DNA from: Nanobdellota archaeon
GTDB taxonomy: Archaea; Nanobdellota; Nanobdellia; Woesearchaeales; GW2011-AR9
Length of the DNA: 64,000 nt
Direction: 5' to 3'
Assembly (NCBI GenBank): GCA_030697505.1
Contig: JAUYPX010000026.1
Location: forward strand, 53,322 to 117,321
In this document: piece by piece, positions 39,462-49,404 of the stretch
Position numbering within the stretch: position 1 is the first letter of the stretch
Layout of the letters: each line of letters starts with the position of its first letter
Program-made: the position numbers and the translations under genes
The notes under the pieces: model-generated
Database searches by the model: none
Told to the model about the DNA's origin: nothing
Seen by the model: the letters and a program-made list of their open reading frames with translations, nothing else

Positions 39462-41348
39462 CTATTTAAGTTTATCTGTGGCAAACTTTTCATATTCTCC
39501 ATCTATAAAAATCCTGCACCACAGCTCTATATTTAGAAGAGACCAGATCCGCGCCGCATTGACTAGATCTCTAAGGCCGTCGCTTTTACTATTACAATGA
39601 GTATCCAGCAATTTTCTGACATATTTTTGATTGAATATCCCTCTATTCCCAGTTCTCTCATCTAATAAAACTGAATAAACGTATCGTTTCAAATCCTTGC
39701 GGATCCATAAAGAGAACGGAGTAGGGTACCCTTTCTTAGGTTGGCGGTAATGTATAGAAGGCAGATCTTTTCTCATGCTCTGTTTTATTATGTGTTTAAG
39801 TTCATGATGGTGCAATTTAAATTTCAGAGGGACAGAATTGGCAAAATCCACCATCTCATTGTCGCAGAACGGGACTCTTGCTTCTATCGAATGGGCCATC
39901 CCCATCTTATCCTCACAGACCAGAAGCGAAGGAAGGTACGTTTTGAGATATAAGTATTGGGCCTTATCGGCAGAAGAAGTTATATCCTTGCGTTGAAACT
40001 TTTCAAGTACAACGGTGGTATTTTTATTTTGCAGAGCGCCATAAAAAGATTTAGACAATAATCGTTTACGATGCTTTTTGTTGAACATGATGAATAGGCC
40101 ATGCTTAACTTCTTCATCAAAAAGAGGGAAGAACATAAAATAAAGGCTGCGCGGCAGTTCGCTCCAGGTAAAAAAAGAAAAGAATTTCAGGGCCATAAAG
40201 GGATTTTTCCTGACCAGATCCTTAAAATAAGCGACCTTGTAAACTGGATACCCGGCGAATAGTTCGTCGCCGGCATGGCCGGTGAGCACAACTTTGACGT
40301 GTTGAGATACTAATTTCGAGACTACATCTTGAGAGATGACCGGTATTCCCGTCTTTGGCTCGTCAAGATGATAGAGTATTTTTTCGATGTTTGACAAAAA
40401 ATCTTGAGGGGAGATGGTTGCTTCGTGGACCACGGCGCCGATCTTTTTGGCCACTAACCTTGAACCTTTTGTTTCATCATAAATTCCACCTTCTTTAAAA
40501 GTGCCGGTAAATGTCTCTATTCTCTTCTTACTTTTTCCTGCGGCAAAAGTGGCTACTGAACTTGAATCAAATCCTCCGCTTAGATAACTGCCCAAAGGAA
40601 CATCGCTGACCATGTGCCGAGTTACTGACCTTGATAGTATTGACCTAAATTCGTCATAATAATCTTCCACTCTTTGTTTATCGCTCTTCTTATAAGAAGC
40701 ATCCCAATATTGAGTGATCGATACTGCCCCATTTTGCACCAGAAGATAATGCCCTGGAAGGAGCATCTTTACCCCTTCAAAAAAAGTTTTTTCATCCATG
40801 ATATTCTGAAAGGTGAGATATTCTGCCGCTGCTTGCATATTCAATTTGCGAGGGAACTGTTCATCAGCAAGAAACGCTTTGATCTCAGAAGCAAACATAA
40901 ACCGTTTTGCCTGGTCAAAATAATACAACGGTTTAACTCCTACCCTATCCCGGGCCAGAAAAAGAAGATCTTTTTTTGCATCCCAGATCGCAAAGGCGAA
41001 CATTCCATTGAACTTTTGCACACACTCCGGGCCATGCTCTTCATAAGCCCGTAAGATCACTTCCGTATCGCTTTTTGTTTTGAATCTATACTTATTCTCC
41101 AGTTCTTTTCTGATCTCTTTATAGTTATAGATTTCCCCGTTAAAGACGATAACTGCTGACCGGTCATCATTATAGATGGGTTGCTGCCCGGTTTTGAGGT
41201 CGATGATGCTCAGTCTTTTATGTCCCAAGGAAACATTCTTATCAGCAAAAAAACCTTCTCCATCCGGGCCTCGATGGTCCAAAAAAGAAGTCATCCTTCT
41301 CAAAAGCTTGATATCCTTTGGTCCATACCACCCGGAAATTCCACACAT
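39462..41348 (-). CDS. Asparagine synthase (glutamine-hydrolysing)-family amidotransferase (AsnB/WbpS-like)
   Basis: MCGISGWYG N-terminal Cys nucleophile and PP-loop SGGFDSS. Confidence 0.85.
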   Translation of the reverse strand: MCGISGWYGPKDIKLLRRMTSFLDHRGPDGEGFFADKNVSLGHKRLSIIDLKTGQQPIYNDDRSAVIVFNGEIYNYKEIRKELENKYRFKTKSDTEVILRAYEEHGPECVQKFNGMFAFAIWDAKKDLLFLARDRVGVKPLYYFDQAKRFMFASEIKAFLADEQFPRKLNMQAAAEYLTFQNIMDEKTFFEGVKMLLPGHYLLVQNGAVSITQYWDASYKKSDKQRVEDYYDEFRSILSRSVTRHMVSDVPLGSYLSGGFDSSSVATFAAGKSKKRIETFTGTFKEGGIYDETKGSRLVAKKIGAVVHEATISPQDFLSNIEKILYHLDEPKTGIPVISQDVVSKLVSQHVKVVLTGHAGDELFAGYPVYKVAYFKDLVRKNPFMALKFFSFFTWSELPRSLYFMFFPLFDEEVKHGLFIMFNKKHRKRLLSKSFYGALQNKNTTVVLEKFQRKDITSSADKAQYLYLKTYLPSLLVCEDKMGMAHSIEARVPFCDNEMVDFANSVPLKFKLHHHELKHIIKQSMRKDLPSIHYRQPKKGYPTPFSLWIRKDLKRYVYSVLLDERTGNRGIFNQKYVRKLLDTHCNSKSDGLRDLVNAARIWSLLNIELWCRIFIDGEYEKFATDKLK

Positions 41349-41406
41349 GATAGTCTTCTCTCCTTCTCTCCTTTACGGAGTTATCTTCTTGCTCCTAATG
41401 CCATCT

Positions 41407-42342
41407 CTAGCCCTGTTTTCGTTTCTGCTTCTCCGTATGAGAGACAATAAGTTCGCTGACAAATCCCAATCCAAATAACTGCAAGCCCGCCACCAATAGA
41501 AAAACCGTCAGTAAGACTAAAGGCACACGGGTGCCTACTGCCTCTAAAGCCACAAAATTGAGATACAAGACGTAAATTCCGCATAATAATCCAAAAGCTA
41601 TCAAGAAAGCGCCGAGAGAGCCAAACATGCGCATCGGCCTCTTGGAAAAAGAAGTGAGAAACTTAATCACCAGTAGATCTAAGAACCCGCCCGGTATTCT
41701 TTTTAATCCTATCCTTCCATATTTAGATTTTCCAGATTTTCGAGGATAGAACCTAAGCGGCACTTCTTTAATTTTATATTCCTGTTGTGCGGCTAAAATG
41801 ACAAAATATCGATGCCAATCTGAACGCATCGATTCAATATTATAATATACTTCCTTACGAAATGCCCGCACCCAGCCGACATCGCGGAAATGTACCTTAA
41901 ATAAATGACGCACCAAAGCGTTAAAACTTTTAGAGAGAATGGTTTTCAATAAACCCTGCCGTTTATTCACCCTCCAGCCTATCGCTACGTCATATCCTTG
42001 TTCTAAAGCATTGATCAGCTTAGGGAGATCTTCCCGAGGATGCGATTCCAGATCAGAAGAGGTAAAAAAAATGATATCGTAACGGGCATTTTCAATGCCG
42101 GTGATCATGGAAGAGGTAAGGCCGCGATTCTTGCGATGAGAAATGATCCGTAAACGTGGAAATCGTTTCTGTAGATCTTGCAGTATTGGCAGCGTTTTAT
42201 CTTTGCTAGCATCATTAACAATGATTATCTCTCCGGAATAACTATTTTCTTCAAATGCTAGGTTCATCTCGGTTACAAATTCCTCAATACACCCCTGTTC
42301 ATTATATGCAGGAGCTACTACGCTGATTTTAGATTTCATCAT
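41407..42342 (-). CDS. GT2 polyprenyl-phosphate sugar synthase (GtrB/ArnC/DPM1-like) with C-terminal TM pair
   Basis: ISVVAPAYNEQGCIEEF, DxD region and two C-terminal hydrophobic helices. Confidence 0.75.
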   Translation of the reverse strand: MMKSKISVVAPAYNEQGCIEEFVTEMNLAFEENSYSGEIIIVNDASKDKTLPILQDLQKRFPRLRIISHRKNRGLTSSMITGIENARYDIIFFTSSDLESHPREDLPKLINALEQGYDVAIGWRVNKRQGLLKTILSKSFNALVRHLFKVHFRDVGWVRAFRKEVYYNIESMRSDWHRYFVILAAQQEYKIKEVPLRFYPRKSGKSKYGRIGLKRIPGGFLDLLVIKFLTSFSKRPMRMFGSLGAFLIAFGLLCGIYVLYLNFVALEAVGTRVPLVLLTVFLLVAGLQLFGLGFVSELIVSHTEKQKRKQG

Positions 42343-42452
42343 TTGAAGGCCATTCTTACGATTTTACCTTAAACAACCACATATAAACTTTATGATTATG
42401 AGGCACATAGCCTTAGAATCAGCCTGAAGAAAAGAGTAGAATATTACAGAGA

Positions 42453-43433
42453 TCACCCGTTTTTATTTCGGAGCTGTCCGGCAATCCATTGCTTTGTTCT
42501 TTCCAACCCTTCATCAAAAGTTATTGATTCCTTGAATCCCACATTTTCTATTTTTTTAGTGCTGGGTATGGGCTTAAGATTTTCTCCCAACCGGGGAGCG
42601 ATAAATTCTGGCCTCATCCCGGGAGGACCGTACTTAGATATCACTTGATTGGCTAATTGCAGCACACTGATCCTATTTCTAGATGCCACATTGTAATCCT
42701 GGCCGATCGAGCGGTTATTTTTATATAAAATGAGGTTGGCATCAACTGCATCATCCACAAAAGTGAAACATCTGATCGCTTCACCGGTGCCGCATACTTG
42801 GGGAGGCAGCCCTTTAAGGACCCGCGATAAAAAGATACCGACTACCCCCGCTTCACCAGTATAATCCTGCCGTGGTCCAAAGACATGAAAATAACGCAAG
42901 ACGGTAGCTTTAATGCCGTAAAGCCGATGGTATAATAAGAAATATTTTTCTGCTGCCAATTTGCTTATACCGTACACAGTAGAAGGATTCATAGCGTCAA
43001 CTTCTTCAAAAGGCTTGTCGCTGCTGCCAAAAACTGAACCCGTGGAAGCATGTATTATTCTGGCATCGCTCTCGCTTTTTCTCATGATTTCCGCGATATT
43101 AAAATTTCCGACCACATTTGTTTGAACATCGATAGTCGGGTCTTTTAAACTGACCACCAGTTTGGAAGCGGCTTCATTAAAAATGATATCGCTTTCTTCG
43201 ACCCAGGGCTTTACCTCCTGATAATCCTTAATATCAGCTTTGACGAATGTAAATCGCGGATCGGTTTTCCAATGAGCTATATTATTAAGGCTGCCATTAG
43301 TGCCGGCGAGGTTATCATAACAAATCACTTTTTCAGCACCTAATTCTAACGCTTTATCAACTAAATGACTGCCTATAAATCCGGCTCCGCCGGTTACCAA
43401 GACTACTTTATTTTTAAATAGGTCCTTATTCAT
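42453..43433 (-). CDS. NAD-dependent nucleotide-sugar epimerase/dehydratase (extended SDR)
   Basis: VLVTGGAGFIGSHLVDKALELG and YGISK. Confidence 0.8.
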   Translation of the reverse strand: MNKDLFKNKVVLVTGGAGFIGSHLVDKALELGAEKVICYDNLAGTNGSLNNIAHWKTDPRFTFVKADIKDYQEVKPWVEESDIIFNEAASKLVVSLKDPTIDVQTNVVGNFNIAEIMRKSESDARIIHASTGSVFGSSDKPFEEVDAMNPSTVYGISKLAAEKYFLLYHRLYGIKATVLRYFHVFGPRQDYTGEAGVVGIFLSRVLKGLPPQVCGTGEAIRCFTFVDDAVDANLILYKNNRSIGQDYNVASRNRISVLQLANQVISKYGPPGMRPEFIAPRLGENLKPIPSTKKIENVGFKESITFDEGLERTKQWIAGQLRNKNG

Positions 43434-45058
43434 GGCATTTGCTCATTCTCTTTACTTAAACATTCATTAACCTTCTCCGCTACATACCTAATCTGTTCTT
43501 CAGTCATTTCAGGATACATGGGCAAGGAAACTATTTCCTTTGTAATCTTCTCGACCATGGGAAAATCTCCCTCTTTATATCCCAAAGAAGCATACGCCGG
43601 TTGCAGATGTAAAGGAGTGGGATAATTTATGCCGGAACTGATTCCATTTTCTTTTAAGAAATTAATTAATTTTTCCCTATTTTTAACCCTGATTACATAT
43701 TGGTGATAAACGTGTTTATGATTCTCAGGAACATGCGGTAGAATAATTCCTGAAGAGCTGAGATACCGATGGTATAATCGCGCATTTTCAATCCTTTGCT
43801 GATTCCATCCCTGAAGATGCTTTAATTTCACCGTAAGAACCGCTGCTTGAAGACTATCCAGCCTTTCGTTATATCCCTCCAGTTCATGGATATACTTTTC
43901 ACCCGGCTTTCTGCCATGGTTTCGTAACATCAATATTTTTTCTGCGATGGGATCATGGTTAGTGATGACTGCTCCGGCGTCTCCAAAAGCGCCGAGATTT
44001 TTTCCTGGAAAAAAACTAAAGGTTGCGGCATCGCTGTAAAATCCTGGAGGATTGTTGTTGTACAGGGCACCATGCGCTTGCGCAGCATCTTCTATGACCT
44101 TAAGATGGTGCTTATCGGCAATTTTTCGTATGCTTTCCATATCGCACATCAAACCATTCAAATGAACCGCGAGGATAGCTTTCGTATTTTCAGTGATTGC
44201 TGAGTCTATTTTTGTGACATCCAGCAGCTGGGTCTTTTCTTCGATATCGACAAATTTTATTTTCGCGCCAACTTTTGAGATCGCTTCTGTCGTCGCTATA
44301 AAGGTATGGGGGGCAGTTATTACCTCATCGCCGCCCTTGACTCCGCAAGCTTCCAGTGCCAATGAAATCGCGCTGGTGCCGTTGCTGACGCCAATGGCAT
44401 GTTTAACCTGGCAATAAGCCGCGAAATCTTTTTCAAAATGGCCGATCTGCTCCGACATGATGAAGGAACAATCATCTACTGTCTTTTTAATAGCTAGATC
44501 CAGTTCATCCCGTATTTTTGAATGCTGTAATCTTAAATCTGCTAAAGGAATTTTCATTGCACCAGCTTCTTTTTGAGCTTTAGGCAGATGCCGTATAATT
44601 TTTGCGGGATTTCCTGCAACCACACAATCATCTGGAACATCTTTAGTAACCACCGCTCCTGCACCGACTATTGAATTTTCCCCAATCGTTACCGGCATAA
44701 GGGTGGCATTGCTGCCTATTACTGCATTTCTTTTAATTACGGTAGATTTCCATTCTTTATCCGAACCGGTCCTTCTTTTAGAAGGAGGATGCAGATCATT
44801 TATAGTCATGACTCCATGACCGATAAAAACATTATCCTCAATGGTAACTAAGGAACAGATAAATGAATGAGAAGAGATAATGACATTATCTCCTATTTTA
44901 GTGTTGTTTTGCACTTCCACGTAAGAGCCTATTTTAGTATTTTTTCCGATCTTTGTCCCATATACATTTGCAAATTCCCACACCTGTGACCCTTCCCCGA
45001 TTACTGAATCTTTAACTATTGAGGTACCCGAAATTTTCACTCCGCTGGTCTTTTCCAT
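43430..45058 (-). CDS. Bifunctional fusion. N-terminal hexapeptide-repeat (LbH) N-acetyltransferase plus C-terminal DegT-family aminotransferase (WbpD-WbpE-like).
   Basis: Residues 1-170 carry repeated [LIV]G..x..[LIV] hexapeptides (VIGEGSQVWEFANVYGTKIGKNTKIGSYVEV...). Residues about 180-542 have GVSNGTSAISLALEA, FSFFPGKNLGAFGDAGAV and LRNHGRK. Confidence 0.8.
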   Translation of the reverse strand: MEKTSGVKISGTSIVKDSVIGEGSQVWEFANVYGTKIGKNTKIGSYVEVQNNTKIGDNVIISSHSFICSLVTIEDNVFIGHGVMTINDLHPPSKRRTGSDKEWKSTVIKRNAVIGSNATLMPVTIGENSIVGAGAVVTKDVPDDCVVAGNPAKIIRHLPKAQKEAGAMKIPLADLRLQHSKIRDELDLAIKKTVDDCSFIMSEQIGHFEKDFAAYCQVKHAIGVSNGTSAISLALEACGVKGGDEVITAPHTFIATTEAISKVGAKIKFVDIEEKTQLLDVTKIDSAITENTKAILAVHLNGLMCDMESIRKIADKHHLKVIEDAAQAHGALYNNNPPGFYSDAATFSFFPGKNLGAFGDAGAVITNHDPIAEKILMLRNHGRKPGEKYIHELEGYNERLDSLQAAVLTVKLKHLQGWNQQRIENARLYHRYLSSSGIILPHVPENHKHVYHQYVIRVKNREKLINFLKENGISSGINYPTPLHLQPAYASLGYKEGDFPMVEKITKEIVSLPMYPEMTEEQIRYVAEKVNECLSKENEQMP

Positions 45059-45098
45059 GTCTCTTTTTCTAACTGTTATCTATTTTTCTTATTCTATC

Positions 45099-46076
45099 TT
45101 ATTCTATTTTGCAGATCTCATGATTTTGCGCCGACTTTATGGCCAGCAAACACATCTTTGTGGTAAGGATATTCTCAGCAGAAAGATTGGAATGCACTTC
45201 TTCGCCCATATTTTTTTTATTGCAAAGATGGACAAAATATTTTAATTCTTCAAGCAAAGGCTGGTTTTTTCCGACCTGCGGATCACGAAAGGTTTCCTTC
45301 TTTTCTGTTTTATCTTCTTGGACCACCAGAGGGTGTCTTTCAATGACTTGATCTAAGAAATCAAGATAGAGTTTTTCTTTAGAGCCGATTATCCACATAT
45401 CTCTTTTCTTCAAGGGATGGCAGCAGCTAACCTCAAGATGGGCGCTAAATTTCCCATAGTCAATGGTTATGACGGAAGAATCTTCATTCTGTTTAGAGAT
45501 CAAATGCGAATTTCGAGCATAGATATTTTGCGGGCTAGGCTCTAGCAGGGTATTCAAAAAATCAATAAGATGCACGCCTAGATTAAAAATAACGCCTGAA
45601 TCCTTACGCGGCGGGACCGTAGAATGGATGTACCTGCCGGAGATGTAATGTATTTCACCGATCTCTGATAACAGCTCTTTCATCCTGTTGATGAGGGGAT
45701 TAAAGCGAAGAACGTACCCTACAGAAAGGATAGCTTTCTTTTCCTGGGCCAGCTCCATCAATTCCTGCACCTCCCGGTATTCAAAACAGAGCGGCTTTTC
45801 TACAAAAATATGTTTTCCCTGCAGAAGACATTCTTTAGCCACTTGGTGATGAAGGGTGGTGGGCACCACTATGGTTACTGCATCGACGAAAGGAAGCATC
45901 TCTTTATAATTTTGAAAAAATCGGATATTGTGCTTGGAGGCCAGCTCTCTCTTGCTTTCATCGATATCTGCAAGAGCGACCAGATGACAAGAGGAGATTT
46001 TAGATAAGTCTCGGAGATGGTTTTCGCCCCATTTTCCCGATCCTATTATTCCTATCTTAACCACTCTTAACCACAA
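45099..46076 (-). CDS. Gfo/Idh/MocA-family NAD-dependent oxidoreductase (WbpB-like nucleotide-sugar 3-dehydrogenase candidate)
   Basis: KIGIIGSGKWGENHLRD Rossmann N-terminus and EKPL motif (FVEKPLCF). Confidence 0.75.
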   Translation of the reverse strand: MWLRVVKIGIIGSGKWGENHLRDLSKISSCHLVALADIDESKRELASKHNIRFFQNYKEMLPFVDAVTIVVPTTLHHQVAKECLLQGKHIFVEKPLCFEYREVQELMELAQEKKAILSVGYVLRFNPLINRMKELLSEIGEIHYISGRYIHSTVPPRKDSGVIFNLGVHLIDFLNTLLEPSPQNIYARNSHLISKQNEDSSVITIDYGKFSAHLEVSCCHPLKKRDMWIIGSKEKLYLDFLDQVIERHPLVVQEDKTEKKETFRDPQVGKNQPLLEELKYFVHLCNKKNMGEEVHSNLSAENILTTKMCLLAIKSAQNHEICKIE

Positions 46077-46105
46077 CTAACCTCAAAACCCTTAATTTAA
46101 ATAGA

Positions 46106-47623
46106 TTATGATTCTAAGACCTCATATTTATAGATGGTCACACCTATGAATTTCCTTTCCTCTTTCAATTCGTATAACGAATCCAATCGCAGTTTAAAAT
46201 AATCTTTGGTGTGAAAATTATGGCTTAAAATTAAGTAAGCATCCCTTTTTTCTGAAGCTCTTTCTATCAGCAAGTAATCATCCTCACCTGGTGTTATCAA
46301 CCGCACTTCTTCAACATTGCCGGAATAGTAGTAATCAAAACATAACTTAGCTATAGTGGCGCGATGAAGAAAGAGCACGTCTGCCGAAGTAGCATGACTT
46401 TCTATGTACTCAGCAGCTTCATGAAATTGTTCCTTGGAATCGATATCATAATAAGTGTATAACTCCGCTGAGGCGCTTATCACTATAAGGATGAAAAACC
46501 CAGTTGCCAGGCTATTTTGTTTTATTCGCAATAAGATTCTAGAAAGTAGGATGTAACCTAAAGGAAGCAGAAAGAAGCCGAACCTGATGATATGGACAGA
46601 TGAAAAAAAATACCTGCTCCAGATAAGATCCATCATGATAAAAGAAAGCAGCAGCAAAGAGATTATTTTTTGGTTTGAAAAATAAGTGAAGATGCGTTTA
46701 AGATGGCCAATCAATATGTTCAAATTAATTTTATCGGCCATGACCAGATATAAAGTTATGAAATAGAATAAACCGAGAAAAGCTGCGACAACTACCGCCA
46801 GGGGAAGTAAATCAAAGCCTAATTTTTCAATCAATTTTCCCCCAAGGGATTTATACAGGAGAGGAAGCTGATAAAAGGCCAAGATGTTGAGCCAGGGTAA
46901 AAAGAGCAGAAAGACCATCAAAAGAGCTAAGAAGAACTTTGGAGAAAAAATCTGCCTCTGGAAGAAAGGAGAAACAGTATCTTTTTTCTTCTGCTTAAAA
47001 AAATAACCGGTAGAATAAAATACGATATAACCTGCCAGAATCGCCAGGCTTATAATGTGCGTATAGAGCAACAAAGCTACAGAAACCGAAAAGAACAAGG
47101 TGTTTAGAACAGACGGTTTTTTCATGAATGCAATAAAAGATAGGAGAGACAGCAGGAAAAATGCTGCGAACATACTGTACATCTTCGCTTCCTGAGAATA
47201 AAGTACAGAAGTATACGAAATACTGACCAAAAAGGCAGCCAACAACCCTTCCTTCCAGGAGAAGATTTTTCGTGCCAAAAGAAAGGTAAGAAAAACGGTA
47301 AGAACCCCAAAAAAAACAGAAAGGATACGTAAACTGATCTCTGAATATCCAAAATACTCCATCAACAGATGCTGAGGAAGGTAATACCCGATAGGATGGA
47401 CATCTTTCTTGAGAGTTTCAATTAGAAGATTAACAGGTTTTGAAGCATAATCAAGCGTAAAACATTCATCCAGCCATAAACTCTCTTCACCTAAATCGTA
47501 CAGCCTGAGGATGCCTGCTCCTAAAAGTATTATTGCTAATACCCAAGCTATAATGACTTTATCTCTCAAATCCTTCCTCATGACACCTTTTTTAGAAGAT
47601 GGTTTAAAAGATTTCTGAAGCAA
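46106..47623 (-). CDS. PMT_2/ArnT-like GT-C glycosyltransferase (GT39/GT83 family)
   Basis: LRLYDLGEESLWLDECFT first-loop DE motif and HPIGYYLPQHLL (hPPLyyWl-like). Confidence 0.6.
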   Translation of the reverse strand: MLQKSFKPSSKKGVMRKDLRDKVIIAWVLAIILLGAGILRLYDLGEESLWLDECFTLDYASKPVNLLIETLKKDVHPIGYYLPQHLLMEYFGYSEISLRILSVFFGVLTVFLTFLLARKIFSWKEGLLAAFLVSISYTSVLYSQEAKMYSMFAAFFLLSLLSFIAFMKKPSVLNTLFFSVSVALLLYTHIISLAILAGYIVFYSTGYFFKQKKKDTVSPFFQRQIFSPKFFLALLMVFLLFLPWLNILAFYQLPLLYKSLGGKLIEKLGFDLLPLAVVVAAFLGLFYFITLYLVMADKINLNILIGHLKRIFTYFSNQKIISLLLLSFIMMDLIWSRYFFSSVHIIRFGFFLLPLGYILLSRILLRIKQNSLATGFFILIVISASAELYTYYDIDSKEQFHEAAEYIESHATSADVLFLHRATIAKLCFDYYYSGNVEEVRLITPGEDDYLLIERASEKRDAYLILSHNFHTKDYFKLRLDSLYELKEERKFIGVTIYKYEVLES

Positions 47624-47681
47624 AGACCACTAAACCTACTGATTCACAAAATATTTAAGCTGAACTTCAGCCGATAAAGAG

Positions 47682-48614
47682 ATGGAATCTATCCCCGCAT
47701 CATCAAAAGTTAAACCTTCAAAAAAGCCGAAGGTCATCATTTCTATCCCGGCTTATAACGAAGAAAGAGACCTAGGAAGAACTATCGGCGAAATAAAAGA
47801 AACATTGAGAGAGACTTCTTACCATTATAAAATTTTAGTATTAAATGACGGAAGCAGGGATAACACCGCCAAGATCGCTGAAGAGCAAGGGGCGATGGTT
47901 GTCTCCCATCGGCGCAACAAGGGATTGGCAGAGACCTTCCGTACGGAGATGAAGGAATGTCTGGAACGCCAGGCAGATATCATCGTCCATACCGATGCCG
48001 ATGGCCAATATGATCCGCGGCATATTCCCCAGCTTATAGCGAAAGTGCAGCAAGGATATGATCTCGTCCTGGGCAGCCGCTTCCGTGGGAAGATCCAATA
48101 CATGCCTTTCACCAAACGCGTGGGAAACATTCTTTTTTCCAAAGTGTTAAGCTCTCTGGCCAAAGTGAGAATTACCGACTCGACCACGGGATTCCGGGCC
48201 TTCACTTCCGAGCTGGCCAGAGAGATAGATTTCATCAACACCTTTACCTACACTCAGGAACAGATCATCAAGGCAGCCAAGCAGGGCTTTAGGATCGCTG
48301 AGATTCCCATCGACTCAAGAAGAACCAGAAAAAGCAGGCTTTTCAAGAATCCGCTCCAGTATGCAGTCAAGGCTTGGATAAATATTTTTAGGATCTACCG
48401 AAACTACGAGCCGCTGCAATTCTTCGGAAAAATTGGATTGACTTTCTTCGGCATTGGCATCCTCTTGGGAGTTTGGCTCGTATACCGTTTTATCACTTTA
48501 GGTAATGTAGGAAGACTCCCTACGACCGTCTTAAGCGCTTTGTTTATGCTGGTGGGAATCCAGATTGTTCTGTTTGGTTTTTTAGCGGATATGATCAATA
48601 ATAGAAAGATCTAA
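47682..48614 (+). CDS. GT2 polyprenyl-phosphate sugar synthase (GtrB/ArnC-like) with C-terminal TM helices
   Basis: ISIPAYNEERDL, VLNDGSRDNT and C-terminal hydrophobic pair (GLTFFGIGILLGVWLVY...LFMLVGIQIVLFGFL). Confidence 0.8.
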   Translation: MESIPASSKVKPSKKPKVIISIPAYNEERDLGRTIGEIKETLRETSYHYKILVLNDGSRDNTAKIAEEQGAMVVSHRRNKGLAETFRTEMKECLERQADIIVHTDADGQYDPRHIPQLIAKVQQGYDLVLGSRFRGKIQYMPFTKRVGNILFSKVLSSLAKVRITDSTTGFRAFTSELAREIDFINTFTYTQEQIIKAAKQGFRIAEIPIDSRRTRKSRLFKNPLQYAVKAWINIFRIYRNYEPLQFFGKIGLTFFGIGILLGVWLVYRFITLGNVGRLPTTVLSALFMLVGIQIVLFGFLADMINNRKI

Positions 48615-48665
48615 AGAAAAAACATAGAGAAAAATCAGCCAGACAAAAAGAGATGCCAGTGGAGG

Positions 48666-49394
48666 TCATTTATTCTGTGCAGAAAAAAAATCATCATCAG
48701 CTTTCTGCAGTTTGATGAGCGTCGTAGCTAACTTCTTCACCATCTCTATCGTATGCATCGCCGCATAACATGCCAGACCAACAAATGGTTGATTAAGCAG
48801 AATGCAGAAAAACATGAGATTAAGAGGATGTTCTATGCGCACGAATCCAAATATGAAAACAGTTAATTTACTTCTTTTCCGGGGATTCAGCTGAGTCATG
48901 ATTTCTGCTACCCGTTCCCGCTGCTCTCCTTTGTAGGAGATCAAATTTAAGTTGAAAAGCTTGGCAAATACAAATGCGCCGACAGCTATTCCGCCTAAAT
49001 ACAATGAACGTAGGTCATTAGTCATCTTATATGTGCCAAGAGTCAAGCCGCATAGTACTGCGATTATAGTTATATGATGCGCGATCTGCTCAAGATACTG
49101 GCCTTTCAAGGTGGATTTATTGCGGTATCTAGCCAAATTGCCGTCGACACAATCAAAGAAATGTCCAAGATGGTAAATGACTATTCCTAAAAGCATCCAC
49201 TTATACAAACCGGTCGACAACAAAACTGCACCGGCCAAACCCAAAAATAACCAGAACAAGGTAACCTGATTGGAAGTGATGGGAGTATTGATGAACGGTT
49301 TGGTAAAATAAAATCCGATTTCATGAACTAATTTGTTTGAAAAACCCCAATATTCCTTTTTGCATTTTTCCCTGAGTTCGTTTATAGTGACCAT
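48666..49394 (-). CDS. CDP-alcohol phosphotransferase-superfamily membrane protein with a divergent signature
   Basis: DCVDGNLARYRNKSTLKGQYLEQIAH resembles D-G-x2-A-R-x8-G-x3-D-x3-D, but the last two Asp are E and H. It has multiple TM helices. Confidence 0.5.
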   Translation of the reverse strand: MVTINELREKCKKEYWGFSNKLVHEIGFYFTKPFINTPITSNQVTLFWLFLGLAGAVLLSTGLYKWMLLGIVIYHLGHFFDCVDGNLARYRNKSTLKGQYLEQIAHHITIIAVLCGLTLGTYKMTNDLRSLYLGGIAVGAFVFAKLFNLNLISYKGEQRERVAEIMTQLNPRKRSKLTVFIFGFVRIEHPLNLMFFCILLNQPFVGLACYAAMHTIEMVKKLATTLIKLQKADDDFFSAQNK

Positions 49395-49404
49395 GATTCT
49401 TTCT

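Noticed and set aside
48666-49394. Interpreting the CDP-alcohol phosphotransferase-like gene as a housekeeping phospholipid synthase
   Set aside because: Not fully rejected. It is disfavoured because the gene sits at the end of the phosphonate operon, is paired with cmk, and its signature is divergent. Phylogeny is needed.
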